A stretch of 63,150 nucleotides of DNA, counting the filler, from Octopus bimaculoides (lineage: Eukaryota), in the NCBI RefSeq assembly GCF_001194135.2. It is 5 parts of 4 records of this genome, joined end to end, with 100 filler letters (N's around TTAATTAATTAA, not from the genome) between each part and the next. Parts side by side here need not be neighbours in the genome. Positions count along the whole stretch, not along the records: positions 34,298 to 44,711 come from NC_068990.1; positions 44,812 to 60,988 come from NC_068981.1; 3 more parts are not named here. One strand, 5' to 3'. This document shows positions 37,394 to 50,454 of this stretch, piece after piece. The notes below the pieces were generated by a model. The model saw nothing but the letters and a program-made list of their open reading frames with translations, made no database searches and had not been told where the DNA came from. Made by a program: the position numbers and the translations under genes. Every line of letters starts with the position of its first letter. The first letter of the stretch is position 1.

Positions 37394-38102
37394 AATATCG
37401 GAATATTTTCTTTTCGTTATGTACGCATGCTTTTACTTGTCATACATACACATTTTCTTGATATTTTTCCCTCCCTCTTTTTCTGCCATGCTTTGGTTTT
37501 CTTTCTCCTTCTCTCTGTATCTCTCCGTTTCCTTCTCCCTCTCTTACTTTTTAAATCTGTAAAATTTTGAAAAAGTACTCTTCTTTCTTTCTATTCACCA
37601 TCACTCTGCTTTACATACATATTTCAATAACACTGTATCAAGAAAGATGTCACTGTACAATTTCTCGTTTCACATCAATGAAAGAAATGACGTCAAAGAA
37701 ATGACGTCACAAGCCAAAATTTTCAAAACTTTCATTTACTTCTACGTCTTACTTGCAATTGTTTTTTCTTTTATTATTGTCTTTCTTTAATATATTTTTA
37801 TGAGTAGCTGTGGTTTCTTTCAAGATATTTTTGTATTTATTCATGATGGCGATGCAAATTCTCATTTCCACTTCACACAGTAACAGACTTTACGAGAAAG
37901 GTTATAACAATCGATTTGAATTGATCTCAAGCAAATAACTGGTACACTTTGTTTAGTCAAAATTAACAGAATTTAATTGGAATACAAATCCTTGAAGATC
38001 CTGTGAGTTGTTTTTATTTAACCCTGCGTCAGCACTGGTCGGGCAGACTTATCATCAAAGACATTCCGACTACAATCTTCCAGTATCTTTTATTTTATTT
38101 TA

Positions 38103-38325
38103 TTTTATTTGTCTCACTCATTAGACTGCGGCCATGCTGGGGCATTGCCTTGAAGAATTTTTAATCGAATGTATCGACCTCGGTGTTGTTGTTTCTTTTT
38201 TTTAAGCGTGGTACTTATTCCATTGGACACTTTTGCCGAACCACTAAGTTTCGAGGACGTAAATATACCAACACCAATTGCCAAGTGATGCGAGGAGAAA
38301 CAAACACAGACACAAAAACACACAA
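38103..38325 (-). mobile_element. SINE family A, 3' half
   Basis: GACTGCGGCCATGCTGG...TTTTGCCGAACCACTAAGTT...AAACACAGACAC, running into a gap. Confidence 0.8.
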
Positions 38326-39375
38326 ACATATATATATNNNNNNNNNNNNNNNNNNNNNNNNNNNNNNNNNNNNNNNNNNNNNNNNNNNNNNNNNNNNNNN
38401 NNNNNNNNNNNNNNNNNNNNNNNNNNNNNNNNNNNNNNNNNNNNNNNNNNNNNNNNNNNNNNNNNNNNNNNNNNNNNNNNNNNNNNNNNNNNNNNNNNNN
38501 NNNNNNNNNNNNNNNNNNNNNNNTAGATAGATAGATAGATAGATATATTGTGACGTCATTTTTTCGGTCTAAATGCAACAGATTTCTTCTGGAGAAAAAG
38601 TAAGAATCAATCCCTGTATTAGACTTGTATTTTATTTATTTTATTTATCGACCCCAAAAGATTGAATGCTTTTATTTCCTTCATATAATTTTTTCATTCT
38701 CTGTTTTACCTTTCTCGGTTATGGAAAGTCAATATGCAACGCATAATAGAAATGTTAAAAAGCAAGTGATATCTATGTCTGAAGTTTTTGTTTTTTCTTA
38801 AGTGAGGAAAGGCGTTGCTCTTAGCCAATCCCATTATCTCAACAACGCATGCATTTACCCAAAATGGAATAACTTGTCTACATCACTGGATGCAAACGAA
38901 GTCGCAGGTGATATGTGCAATGTCGACGTTAGTGGGATTTGAACTCAGCATGCAGTAAACTAAAATGAATTCCGGTAAGGAATCTATGCGAGGCTTTAAC
39001 GATTTTACTATCAGTACTTCGCCAGTTTTAAGAAAAAGATTATCAGATATTTGGCAGAATTATCTCGACTAAACTTGCTATGACTATTTATTTATTTGGT
39101 TTTTATCAAGGCACAAGGTCTGCTTAGATAACAGATATATATTTATTCGTTTGTATCGTCCTTGACATATTATTGGCGCCAATGAGAAGAGCCAGTACAT
39201 GGCTGGTCATCATGTTAAAGATAGAAGTCAAATATCCCTGCGATCACATCTAAGAAGAGAAGGAAATGTCCAAGCTTTAATGGGTTGAACAAACAAAAGA
39301 TGGAACGAATAAAGGAGCCTCTACGTGGTCACTTACCTTCATACGCATGTGTGTGTGTGTACATATGTGTGTGTG

Positions 39376-39416
<41 letters not shown>

Positions 39417-39418
<2 letters not shown>

Positions 39419-39660
39419 GCGCGTGGCTTAGTGGTTGGGGTGTCAGCACTATGATCGTAAGCTTGTGGTTTCGATTCCTGAACCGGGTGACGCGTTGTGT
39501 TCTTGAGCAAAACACTTCATTTCACGTTACTCCAGTCCACTCAGCTGGCAAAAATGAGTAACTCTCCGATGGACTGGCGTCCCGTCCAGCTGGGGAACAC
39601 ATACGCCATTGAAACCGGGAAACCGGGCCCATGAACCTGGCTAGGCTTTAAAGGGCGCAT
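39417..39660 (+). mobile_element. SINE family C' (C-type head and core, different 3' part)
   Basis: AGGCGCGTGGCTTAGTGG...GTTTCGATTCC...GTTGTGTTCTTGAGCAAAACACTTCATTTCAC...CACTCAGCTG, then GATGGACTGGCGTCCCGTCCAG...GAAACCGGG. Confidence 0.8.
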
Positions 39661-39687
39661 TTATTATTTATACACATATATATACCA

Positions 39688-40690
39688 GATACCCTCACCT
39701 GTTGACCTACCCAGTTTCAATCAAGTCCCAATTTGCATCCCAGGAGCAAATAACAACTGGTCTGTCTCCTTTGTCCAAAGCCATTTCCAAGGCTATGGCC
39801 CTCTTCGTTGCTGCACTAATATCTCCTAACCCAGTCAGACCGTCACAGAATGAAAGCCCTTCAAAACTCCGGCAGCCCACGTCAGTTGCCTTGCTAGCCC
39901 TGGTTGCTGCACCGCTCTACCAGTGCCTGATATTTTGCAAGCATTGTTTCATGAGTTGCCCCACCCACCATATTTTTTTCCCAGAATGCAATCAGTTTCC
40001 ACAGGTAGGGTCGGATTATGACCCATAGAGGTCCTAAGCACTCAAACAACAATAAACCGTAAAATATTTTTTTTATTTTTCAAAATGAAACAAAACTAAC
40101 AGTTAAGATGGAAAATAATGTTTATTTTTCTATACTTCCAGTTTATTTATATTTGAAAAGTATTCTACCTCTTAATATAAATTCTACTTCTTTTAATTGC
40201 AAAGTCTTTGATCAGATCCTCACCATGACACCATGAATACTTCGAAATTATATTTCCAGTCGTATAAGCCACTTCGAATATATTTACCATATCTGTGGTG
40301 CCCTCGCCCGTCTTCCCTTGATGCCCTAATCACGTGCTTCTTTTGCGTAATTGTTAATCCAAAGCCTCCCACATGACTACCTGTTCGGTAGAATTTGAAA
40401 AGATAACTGCGGTTGCTCGGATTGTAGTTAATAGTCTGGGCTCAGAGAGTTTGAACTGTTCGACGATATCCAGTCTCAGCTGCCGTCTGAAGTTGGAGAA
40501 AGTAGGTACAGTCGTTTATGTAGCAATGAACTGAAAATGGCCTCCTTCATGGGGTCGAATTTACAGGACATAATGGCTATTGTTTTCAACTCTGCAACGA
40601 CTTTGAGCTCTGGGGCAGCATCTGAGGAGATGTTGAAAGGATCCTCTTTCATTACGCAAAGAACGAAATGTTGTTTCATTCTTGCCTAGA
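39688..40690 (-). mobile_element. HERO-like (R2-group) RLE LINE 3' relic, interrupted by a MITE
   Basis: Frameshifted minus-strand frames: LGKNET...RGSFQHLLRCCPRA (knuckle), LKVVAE, RQLRLDIVEQFK...TTIRATAVIFSNSTEQVVMW | LIAFWEKNM...HETMLAKYQALVERC...DVGCRSF...TKRAI. This parallels the HERO pattern WQLxVDL..LRPD..ELTVPWEE..AKYQxLVExC..EVGCRGF as I recall it. Confidence 0.75.
40006..40367. mobile_element. Old hAT-type MITE inserted in the HERO relic
   Basis: Ends TAGGGTCGGATTA / TAATCCAAAGCCT (degenerate TIR). Flanking 8-mers TCCACAGG / CCCACATG (6/8). AT-rich interior; removing it rejoins the LINE motif. Confidence 0.55.
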
Positions 40691-42001
40691 GGTGTCGAAA
40701 GTGATACTGATGTTGATAATGGAGAATGGAGGCAGACAGATAGAGAGAGGGGGGAAGAGGGGGAAGAAAGAGAAAAAGAAAGAGAGAAATGAGAAGAGGA
40801 AATAGTAAAATGAATGAAAAGATAGAGAACATGAAAAAGAGAGACAAACGAGGTGAAAGGAAAGGCTATCAAGACCTCAATGTTTGTGACGTCGCTACGT
40901 CTTTGGTTATTCTCTTGTTTTGCTTTTGTCCTCTCTCTCTCTCTCTCTCTCTCNNNNNNNNNNNNNNNNNNNNNNNNNNNNNNNNNNNNNNNNNNNNNNN
41001 NNNNNNNNNNNNNNNNNNNNNNNNNNNNNNNNNNNNNNNNNNNNNNNNNNNNNNNNNNNNNNNNNNNNNNNNNNNNNNNNNNNNNNNNNNNNNNNNNNNN
41101 NNNNNNNNNNNNNNNNNNNNNNNNNNNNNNNNNNNNNNNNNNNNNNNNNNNNNNNNNNNNNNNNNNNNNNNNNNNNNNNNNNNNNNNNNNNNNNNNNNNN
41201 NNNNNNNNNNNNNNNNNNNNNNNNNNNNNNNNNNNNNNNNNNNNNNNNNNNNNNNNNNNNNNNNNNNNNNNNNNNNNNNNNNNNNNNNNNNNNNNNNNNN
41301 NNNNNNNNNNNNNNNNNNNNNNNNNNNNNNNNNNNNNNNNNNNNNNNNNNNNNNNNNNNNNNNNNNNNNNNNNNNNNNNNNNNNNNNNNNNNNNNNNNNN
41401 NNNNNNNNNNNNNNNNNNNNNNNNNNNNNNNNNNNNNNNNNNNNNNNNNNNNNNNNNNNNNNNNNNNNNNNNNNNNNNNNNNNNNNNNNNNNNNNNNNNN
41501 NNNNNNNNNNNNNNNNNNNNNNNNNNNNNNNNNNNNNNNNNNNNNNNNNNNNNNNNNNNNNNNNNNNNNNNNNNNNNNNNNNNNNNNNNNNNNNNNNNNN
41601 NNNNNNNNNNNNNNNNNNNNNNNNNNNNNNNNNNNNNNNNNNNNNNNNNNNNNNNNNNNNNNNNNNNNNNNNNNNNNNNNNNNNNNNNNNNNNNNNNNNN
41701 NNNNNNNNNNNNNNNNNNNNNNNNNNNNNNNNNNNNNNNNNNNNNNNNNNNNNNNNNNNNNNNNNNNNNNNNNNNNNNNNNNNNNNNNNNNNNNNNNNNN
41801 NNNNNNNNNNNNNNNNNNNNNNNNNNNNNNNNNNNNNNNNNNNNNNNNNNNNNNNNNNNNNNNNNNNNNNNNNNNNNNNNNNNNNNNNNNNNNNNNNNNN
41901 NNNNNNATTTGAGTCAGAAATGCTTAGGAGTCCAGCATGAAAGTCTAATGACGGTTGTTTCTGATAGGACTCTATTAAAGAGGCGTCTGAGGACTCTACA
42001 C

Positions 42002-42280
42002 CAGGGGTTTTCAAACTTTTTGACTTGCGGACCCCTTTATATTTCAGGCTTTACCTTGGGGACCCCCTTATAAACGCTTGTGAAATTTATACATAAATAT
42101 TTGCTTAAAATAACATATATTTTTGCATTTATTTATTTAACAGTATTTAACAAATAGGTTTGTTGTCAATTAAAAGATTTCGATTAAAAAACATATATAA
42201 AATCAAATTGCCCATAAAAAGTATTTGCTGTCTACGGACCCCCTGTCTTGTCTTTGCGGACCACAGTTTGAAAACCCCTG
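42002..42280. mobile_element. hAT (Charlie-like) MITE, 279 bp
   Basis: Perfect 16-bp TIR CAGGGGTTTTCAAACT / AGTTTGAAAACCCCTG. Perfect 8-bp TSD CTCTACAC (41994-42001, 42281-42288). Confidence 0.93.
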
Positions 42281-42741
42281 CTCTACACCACAACCTTCTT
42301 AGGAATAGTGAGTAGCGAAAATGGATGAATGGACGGATGGATAGTGGTTTCGATATCACGTTTTCTTTTTTTTTTAATGGTTGTTTATCTAAATACCTTC
42401 GCAACTTTTATAAACTGTTGCACATAGAATCCAACCTAATATAAGTTAGGGGGTAATTCCAAAATTATTCTTCTCTTAAGAATTGTCTGTTGCTGCTTAA
42501 ACAATTTTTTTGAAAACATTTCGAAAGAATTGCCACTTCAAAATAAACACTTTTTCATTGAAGAAAATCGAAAATCAAGGTATTCACTTTCATGAATACA
42601 ATGAGCCAGTAATTCTGTTTTTCTTTTTGTTCCAGCCATTTCTATTTTGGAATAAGATTCTTATCTTTTCGCTCAAAGGTCACACTGTATTTTTGATTTG
42701 GAGCTATCATTCATATAAGTTTGTATACTTTATCCGCAACC

Positions 42742-42790
<49 letters not shown>

Positions 42791-43287
42791 GTCCATGTGT
42801 AGGTGATTGTTCAAGTGTATGTATGTGTATGTGCATGGGTGTCTGTTTATGTCTGGGAACATCAAATATTTCTTGAAAACTTTATAAACAACGACCAAAA
42901 TACAATTCCATACGCACATACTCGTTATATTAGACAACTTACCGAGAATACACCACATATGAAAGGCTGTTTAGATGACGAACCAACAACAAATTGTCTG
43001 TGATAGATATAACAGCTAAAAATAACAGCTATGTCCCTTCAAATCTAGTATCATATTAGCTACTATGTCCTTAGATTAATCCTGGTTCAAGAAAAATTTA
43101 GAAATAGTAGTGATAGTTTTACATTCCTCAATTGATAGATCTCGAAACCGTTTTCAGTTGAGTCTGTTGTCACCAGCGCATCAAATAACTGTATTCAAAA
43201 CTATATTCCAAGAAGTTTCTGAAACGACTATTACTGCATGTGTAAACTTATGGATTGTCAGCTTTTTCTCTTCGCTTATAGTTACTG

Positions 43288-43500
43288 GTTTCAAATTTTG
43301 GCACAAGGCCAGAAATTTCGGTAGTTGGGGTAAGCTGATTACAGTGACCTTAATGCTCAACTGGTACTTATTTCATCGACCCCGAAATGATGAAAGGCAA
43401 AGTCGGCATCGGTGACGCTGGAACGCAGAGCGGGAAGACGAACGAAATGCCGCTTCGCATTTTGCTCGACGAGCTAGTGATTCTGCCAGCTCACCACCTT
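43288..43500 (-). mobile_element. SINE family B
   Basis: TTTCAAATTTTGGCACAAGGCC...TTTCATCGACCCCGAAA...GATTCTGCCAGCTCACCACCTT. Confidence 0.85.
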
Positions 43501-43860
43501 ATCTCAGTCTCAGCTGGACACGCTTCCGAATCCAGCCAGAAATTTTAATGATGTTTCTTTCTGATAGGACCCTATGGAGAAGGTATATGCGGACTCTACC
43601 ACTATGACCCTAAGAATAAGATAGATGGATAGTACTAAATCAGCTGTGATTGAGCAGACGTTCCAATTGTGACTATCCTGCATTTTTCTATGATTAAAAC
43701 AGTGTTATCAAATATGCCCTTCTTTTTTGAAGGCAGTGTGGTGCCTTTTGAAGGGGAGGGAACTTAGGACAATTTCGAGAAGGTCAAGAAATAATGTAAA
43801 GGGTTTCTTGTTATTTCTGTTCCTTTATAGAGCAATGTATTTCTGTTCCTGTAAAGAGCA

Positions 43861-44235
43861 ATGAAAAAGAAGACAGATGTCTTTGAGTTGTGGATCCTTT
43901 GCGAATTGGACAGAATGCGCTGTGATGACAAGGTAACAAAAGCTGCAGTAATAGTAAAGTTGAAAGTTCGAAAACACCTATTGCTGAGAATTAAATCTTC
44001 AAAGCTATCGTATTTGGACATAGAAGGCACGATGAGTCACTACCCAAGACTATCCTGAGAGGAAGTATGGAGAGGAAGAAAGCAAGAAGCCGTCAAAGAC
44101 ATTTGTGAACTGACAACATCAAAGACTTGAAACAAGAGCCTGGCCGAGTGTATGCATGGGGCACCACAAAGGGGAAATTGACGAGTCTTGATAAGCTGAG
44201 CTCTCGACACAAGGAGGCTACTTGGCTAGGGGTAT
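43861..44235 (+). mobile_element. RTE-clade LINE 3' end relic
   Basis: KKKTDVFELWI...DKVTKAAV...LLLRIKSSKLSYLDI, then frameshifted RRHDESLPKTILRGSMERKKARSRQR..TDNIKD. This is the characteristic RTE C-terminal pattern (IxAFEMW..KVxN..KLxYFGH..G..GRP..W.DNI). Confidence 0.8.
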
Positions 44236-44507
44236 CAATTCTTTTTCCGTTCTTTTTAACTGAATTATATTCTATTGAAAACCTTTTCAGAACACGTTTA
44301 GATCAGGTTAGACATTTTGTAACTGAAGTATTTTATTGTTGTTTTTGTTTTTTTTTAGAAAAAAACAAAGGAACGCAAAGTCGAAATGGTACACGATTTG
44401 AAGAACGCAATTCAAAGAGAAAAAAATATCATGCACGGATCAGTTGATTGGTTACTAACTGAGTTTGTGATTATTTCGAAGTTGCAATAACTTTTTCTTT
44501 TCCATTA

Positions 44508-44547
<40 letters not shown>

Positions 44548-44811
44548 GAAACATTTATACATACACATTCGCATATATGTATATATATATACATACATAA
44601 CTATATACATGCACACATACACGCAAACACACACAACGACATCTCTTTCTATCATATAGTGATCCTCGTGTGTGTGTATATATGTATGTGTGTATATATA
44701 TATATATATATNNNNNNNNNNNNNNNNNNNNNNNNNNNNNNNNNNNNNNNNNNNNTTAATTAATTAANNNNNNNNNNNNNNNNNNNNNNNNNNNNNNNNN
44801 NNNNNNNNNNN

Positions 44812-44857
<46 letters not shown>

Positions 44858-45718
44858 TGTACACATACATACATGCATACATACATACACACATACATAC
44901 ATGCATACATACATACATACATACATATTGTAAGTGTTCGTTTCTAAAAACGTATTTATTTGGTCCTAATGATATAGATCTCAAATCGTTAAGTTTTGAA
45001 TGAAAATATTTCTCAAGATGAATTCTCCAGATGTCAAACGTGTCTTTTCCGAGCATTAAAATTAACACAAGCATTTGTGCCAATAAATATGTGTAAGAAA
45101 AGCATGATTAAATGGTGATGAGGTAATTATAGGAAATTGTTACAACCAACGAAAGGGGAGTGGAAAAGTTTGTTAATTTAATTTTGTTAATAATATAGGC
45201 GTAAGTTTATCCGAAAAGTTTAAACAGAATGTTCTTTAATCCGAATTAAGTCATTAAAGATAAATATGATAGTTCCTTGTTAAGGCGTGGTGAGTTAGTT
45301 TGATAGTTAATGACATATGTTAATGGGAAATTATTTTAAGCTAAATTAGGTTGCGTTAAAAGATTCAGACTTGTAAGACAAGCGATTTGGAATGAAAGAA
45401 TATAGATAAATAAAATAGTGAATTTGTGTATTCACGAAGGAATGCATTCATGTTAGAGAGTAAGATGTGTTTTTTAAAAAATAAAATTTTATAAAGTATC
45501 TGAAAATAAAGCATTATGTATTTAATGCTTGTAAGTAAAATGTATGTTGTGTCTGCATGATGGCTAAAAATTGAGTTTAATAACTGCATTATATTAAAGT
45601 TAATAACTGGATATATATCTAGGTTAAAGAATAATTATAGACAAGATGGAATATTTTAATTTCTTAAATAAGGGAAGAAATCGCATACATAAAAGATAGA
45701 ATACAGTATTATATTAAG

Positions 45719-46094
45719 TTACTCTTTCACTTGTTTCAGTCTTTCGACTGTGGGCATGCTGGAGCACCGCCTTTAGTCGAGCAAATCGACCCCAGGACTT
45801 ATTCTTTGGAAGCCTAGTACTTCTACTATTGGTCTCTCTTTTTGCCGAACCGCTAGGGTAAGGGGACGTAAACACACCAGCATCAGTTGTCAAGCGATAT
45901 TGGGGGGACAAACACAGACACACAAACACATACACACATACATACATACATACATACATATATANNNNNNNNNNNNNNNNNNNNNNNNNNNNNNNNNNNN
46001 NNNNNNNNNNNNNNNNNNNNNNNNNNNNNNNNNNNNNNNNNNNNNNNNNNNNNNNNNNNNNNNNNNNNNNNNNNNNNNNNNNNNNNNNNNNNNN

Positions 46095-46126
<32 letters not shown>

Positions 46127-46301
46127 CACATATATATGACGGGCTTCTTTCAGTTTCCGTCTATCAAATCCACTCACAAGGCTTTGGTCGGCCCGAGGCT
46201 ATAGTAGAACATACTTGCCCAAGATGCCACGCAGTGGGACTGAACCCGGAACCATGTGGTTGGTAAGCAAGCTACTTACCACACAGCCACTCCTACGCCT
46301 A
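45719..46301 (-). mobile_element. SINE family A, full length, gap in internal microsatellite
   Basis: 3' body at 45719-45930 and 5' head at 46138-46301 on either side of (TACA)/(TA)n and Ns. Confidence 0.9.
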
Positions 46302-48689
46302 AATTAAAAATGAAGAGTTTGTTAAAAAAAAAATTAAGACTAGCGGAAGTCATTATCAAACGACTGGTGAAAAAAGTTCAGGGAATTTTTAAATGATTTG
46401 ATGTCAGATGTGATATAAATGAATGAGAGATAGGGTTGAATGAAAATGAATACTAACTGGAAAAGAATTATAGATTGAAAATTATTGGGTTAAAAAAATA
46501 TACTGGGTTCGATTCCTTCAACTAAAATGCTCAAGCAAGTCCACAGTCCAATGACTCAGCACAAGTAAAAGATAAAAGATAAAAGGTGGGTTAAGGGCGA
46601 TTAGGCTCTTATTTCAAGCGAGTGGAGTGACTATGGAATGACTTTCTCTTTGGTTTCAGAATATATTGGTTTTCGATGTGGATGGTGTTGGTGGTGTTTG
46701 GGTGATGATGGTGCTAATGTTGATGGTACTGGTAGGATTTTTTTTTTTATGAAGTGACGATAGTATGAGCAAGACAATGTGAGTGAGAGATGGAACGAGA
46801 AGGGGGCTGAAGTGAGATTACATGGGGTTATATTAAAGGCGCAACGCGAAACGAGCCGATGCGAGGGGATACAGGACGAAACAAAGGCGTAGCAAAGGAA
46901 AATATGATTTTCTAGTTAAAAACTGTCCGCTTTCACCACCACCACCACCACCACCACCACCAAATACCACCACCACCACCACCATCACCACGATCATCAC
47001 CACAAACTCCACCAACACCTCCAGCATCTCCAGCTACACTNNNNNNNNNNNNNNNNNNNNNNNNNNNNNNNNNNNNNNNNNNNNNNNNNNNNNNNNNNNN
47101 NNNNNNNNNNNNNNNNNNNNNNNNNNNNNNNNNNNNNNNNNNNNNNNNNNNNNNNNNNNNNNNNNNNNNNNNNNNNNNNNNNNNNNNNNNNNNNNNNNNN
47201 NNNNNNNNNNNNNNNNNNNNNNNNNNNNNNNNNNNNNNNNNNNNNNNNNNNNNNNNNNNNNNNNNNNNNNNNNNNNNNNNNNNNNNNNNNNNNNNNNNNN
47301 NNNNNNNNNNNNNNNNNNNNNNNNNNNNNNNNNNNNNNNNNNNNNNNNNNNNNNNNNNNNNNNNNNNNNNNNNNNNNNNNNNNNNNNNNNNNNNNNNNNN
47401 NNNNNNNNNNNNNNNNNNNNNNNNNNNNNNNNNNNNNNNNNNNNNNNNNNNNNNNNNNNNNNNNNNNNNNNNNNNNNNNNNNNNNNNNNNNNNNNNNNNN
47501 NNNNNNNNNNNNNNNNNNNNNNNNNNNNNNNNNNNNNNNNNNNNNNNNNNNNNNNNNNNNNNNNNNNNNNNNNNNNNNNNNNNNNNNNNNNNNNNNNNNN
47601 NNNNNNNNNNNNNNNNNNNNNNNNNNNNNNNNNNNNNNNNNNNNNNNNNNNNNNNNNNNNNNNNNNNNNNNNNNNNNNNNNNNNNNNNNNNNNNNNNNNN
47701 NNNNNNNNNNNNNNNNNNNNNNNNNNNNNNNNNNNNNNNNNNNNNNNNNNNNNNNNNNNNNNNNNNNNNNNNNNNNNNNNNNNNNNNNNNNNNNNNNNNN
47801 NNNNNNNNNNNNNNNNNNNNNNNNNNNNNNNNNNNNNNNNNNNNNNNNNNNNNNNNNNNNNNNNNNNNNNNNNNNNNNNNNNNNNNNNNNNNNNNNNNNN
47901 NNNNNNNNNNNNNNNNNNNNNNNNNNNNNNNNNNNNNNNNNNNNNNNNNNNNNNNNNNNNNNNNNNNNNNNNNNNNNNNNNNNNNNNNNNNNNNNNNNNN
48001 NNNNNNNNNNNNNNNNNTATATATATGTATGTATGTATGTATGTGTGTATTCTAGTCATTTGTTCTAGTATAATATAGCTTACTGATTCATCATATTAGC
48101 TGTTTATTCGCCATGAGATTCAAATGGGATTATTGACATGGAGATGAGGTTTTGGCCAACACAACACTATTAATAAAAGTATTGCTTTTCAGATCCCCAT
48201 ATCTTGCATCCGTTTGCAATCTCTTGCGGCAAAGTTCGTTGGAGAGATATTATTTTCTCCTTTTACTTCTTCTTCTTCTCCTCCGACTTTCTCCTTCTGT
48301 ATTCTACGTCCTCTTTTTTCTTCTCTTCTCCTTTAATCCTCCCCTGTTGTAAAAGAAAATCTTCCCGTTGATGTTATCCCTCGCGGGACATACATCATGG
48401 CAAAGCGTTGACTACCCTCTTTTTTTTTAATCTAGATTTTTGTCTTTAGTTACTTCATCAAATAGATTTTTAGAATACATTTCCCCACCACAGCTTCTCC
48501 TTCTAGCAGTCTGTCTGTCTCTCTGTCTGTCTTTATGTCTCTATGTCTCTGTCACTCTGTCTCTCCCTCTCTACCATTCAATCTTTCTCTCTGCTATTCT
48601 CTCTGTTTGTCTCTCTCTCTTCGTCTCTCTCTTCTCCAATTTTTCTTACTATTTCCTATTGTTAGTCTCTCTCTCTCCGTCACATAGAC

Positions 48690-48752
<63 letters not shown>

Positions 48753-49211
48753 CGTTTGTATAGATATCTGTGCATATATGAATAAATGCGTATAACCGTA
48801 GAAGCAAAACCACACACACATGCACGCACAGTCACCAACACATTCACCTCTTCTCTTACTCTCTCTCTCTCTCTCTCACACACACACAAATCATAAGAAT
48901 GTTCTTCTGTGTCTTTAAAATCCCTTAGAGACTCCGACAGTACATATACGTATAAAGTATATGCATTTACTTTACCGGCCTTCTGCTTCCGTAGCTTTAA
49001 ATCTTCTCTGACCATTCTATTATATAATGTAACGTCTTTGTTTTTTCTTATCTTGGGAACTTTCTGTAAGTGACACTCTCAACTGCAAAGCAAACGTACT
49101 TGACTTGCAATATCTTTTATTTGTCTTAAATCTCTTAGATTGAAAATCATGTTTTATTTGGTTGGGCACTTGCATATGATACAAATTATCTGGCCAATAC
49201 CTAAAGCCGTT

Positions 49212-49324
<113 letters not shown>

Positions 49325-49910
49325 TTACCTATCTATCTTTCCATCTCTCCATCCTGCTAACCACCCTTTCTTCTACCCTGCCAATCAGAGTCACTCTATT
49401 AAAAATAACAACCAAATCACTCCTTAAATCGAATTCTTTTATTTGAAATAGATGATTTGTTTTGGGATATCATTGAATAGATCGGGGTTGTTGAGGAAAC
49501 GAAATTGTGTCACATTGTATTTATGTATTGAGAGCTTGAATTGTGTAGGGTACGTATGGAATCTGAATTTGATAAGGTTGTTTGGGCAATGCTGGTGGTA
49601 TGACCTCCACATTGTACAAATGATGTAGCGCCCACATTGTGCAAATGATGTAGCGCAGGAGAGAATAAAATTTCAATGTTTCAAGACATACATACATGCA
49701 TATATGTGTATGTGTGTGTATATATGTATGTATATATGTGTGCGTATATATATATATGTATACATATGTACATATATATATATGAATATATACATATGTA
49801 TGTGTATATATATATATGTGTGTATGTATGTATGTATGTATGTATGTATGTATCATATGTTCCCTGCGTCTGACGTTATAGGACCGTATATGTGTGCGTA
49901 TGCACATATG

Positions 49911-49967
<57 letters not shown>

Positions 49968-49968
49968 A

Positions 49969-50454
49969 GTGCATGCGCACTAAGTTTTAACGTTCTAGCT
50001 CACTCCCGCTGGTTTTACAGCAGTGCTTGGAAGAAAGATGTGTAGCGTGTGATCGTCGCATTGACTATGACAAAGAAAGTTGAGCAGAAAACCTTGGCGA
50101 TACCTGCTCAGAGGCCTACGCAGAGTTTTCAAAAAAAGTTTTCATCGTTCTTGACACAACCTGGGAGATCATATGAAAGTAAAACCCGAGAGCCTTTTTG
50201 GTCAGCTGAAAGCAGTTTTGGCACAAACTAGGCAGACACGCGTCTCATACCCAAATCTTCTGTGATAATGGGCTGAACTGAACCGTAACTAATCTGCACA
50301 TCCTCCGATAACTCACAGATTGTGATTCGACGATTTTCCCCTCACAGCTGCACGCACATCTGCGATGATTTTCTTAGTTCTGCTTGTTGCGGATCTCCCA
50401 GAACGTTCGTCAATGTCGACATCTTTTCGCCCATCTTGGAAACGTCTGAACTAC
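49969..50454. mobile_element. Second, end-truncated copy of the fold-back mariner derivative
   Basis: Colinear with about 2655-3150, including the same +/- junction (GCCTACGCA.AGTTTT.AAAAA...TC(T/A)TCGT...GACACA). Confidence 0.85.

Noticed and set aside
40340-40420. GGFGLTI in one minus frame, resembling a PDZ carboxylate-binding loop
   Set aside because: The frame has stops, and a different frame of the same DNA fits the HERO LINE motif series much better.
49607-49656. 25-bp tandem duplication CCACATTGT(A/G)CAAATGATGTAGCGC
   Set aside because: Two-copy local slippage duplication with no further structure.
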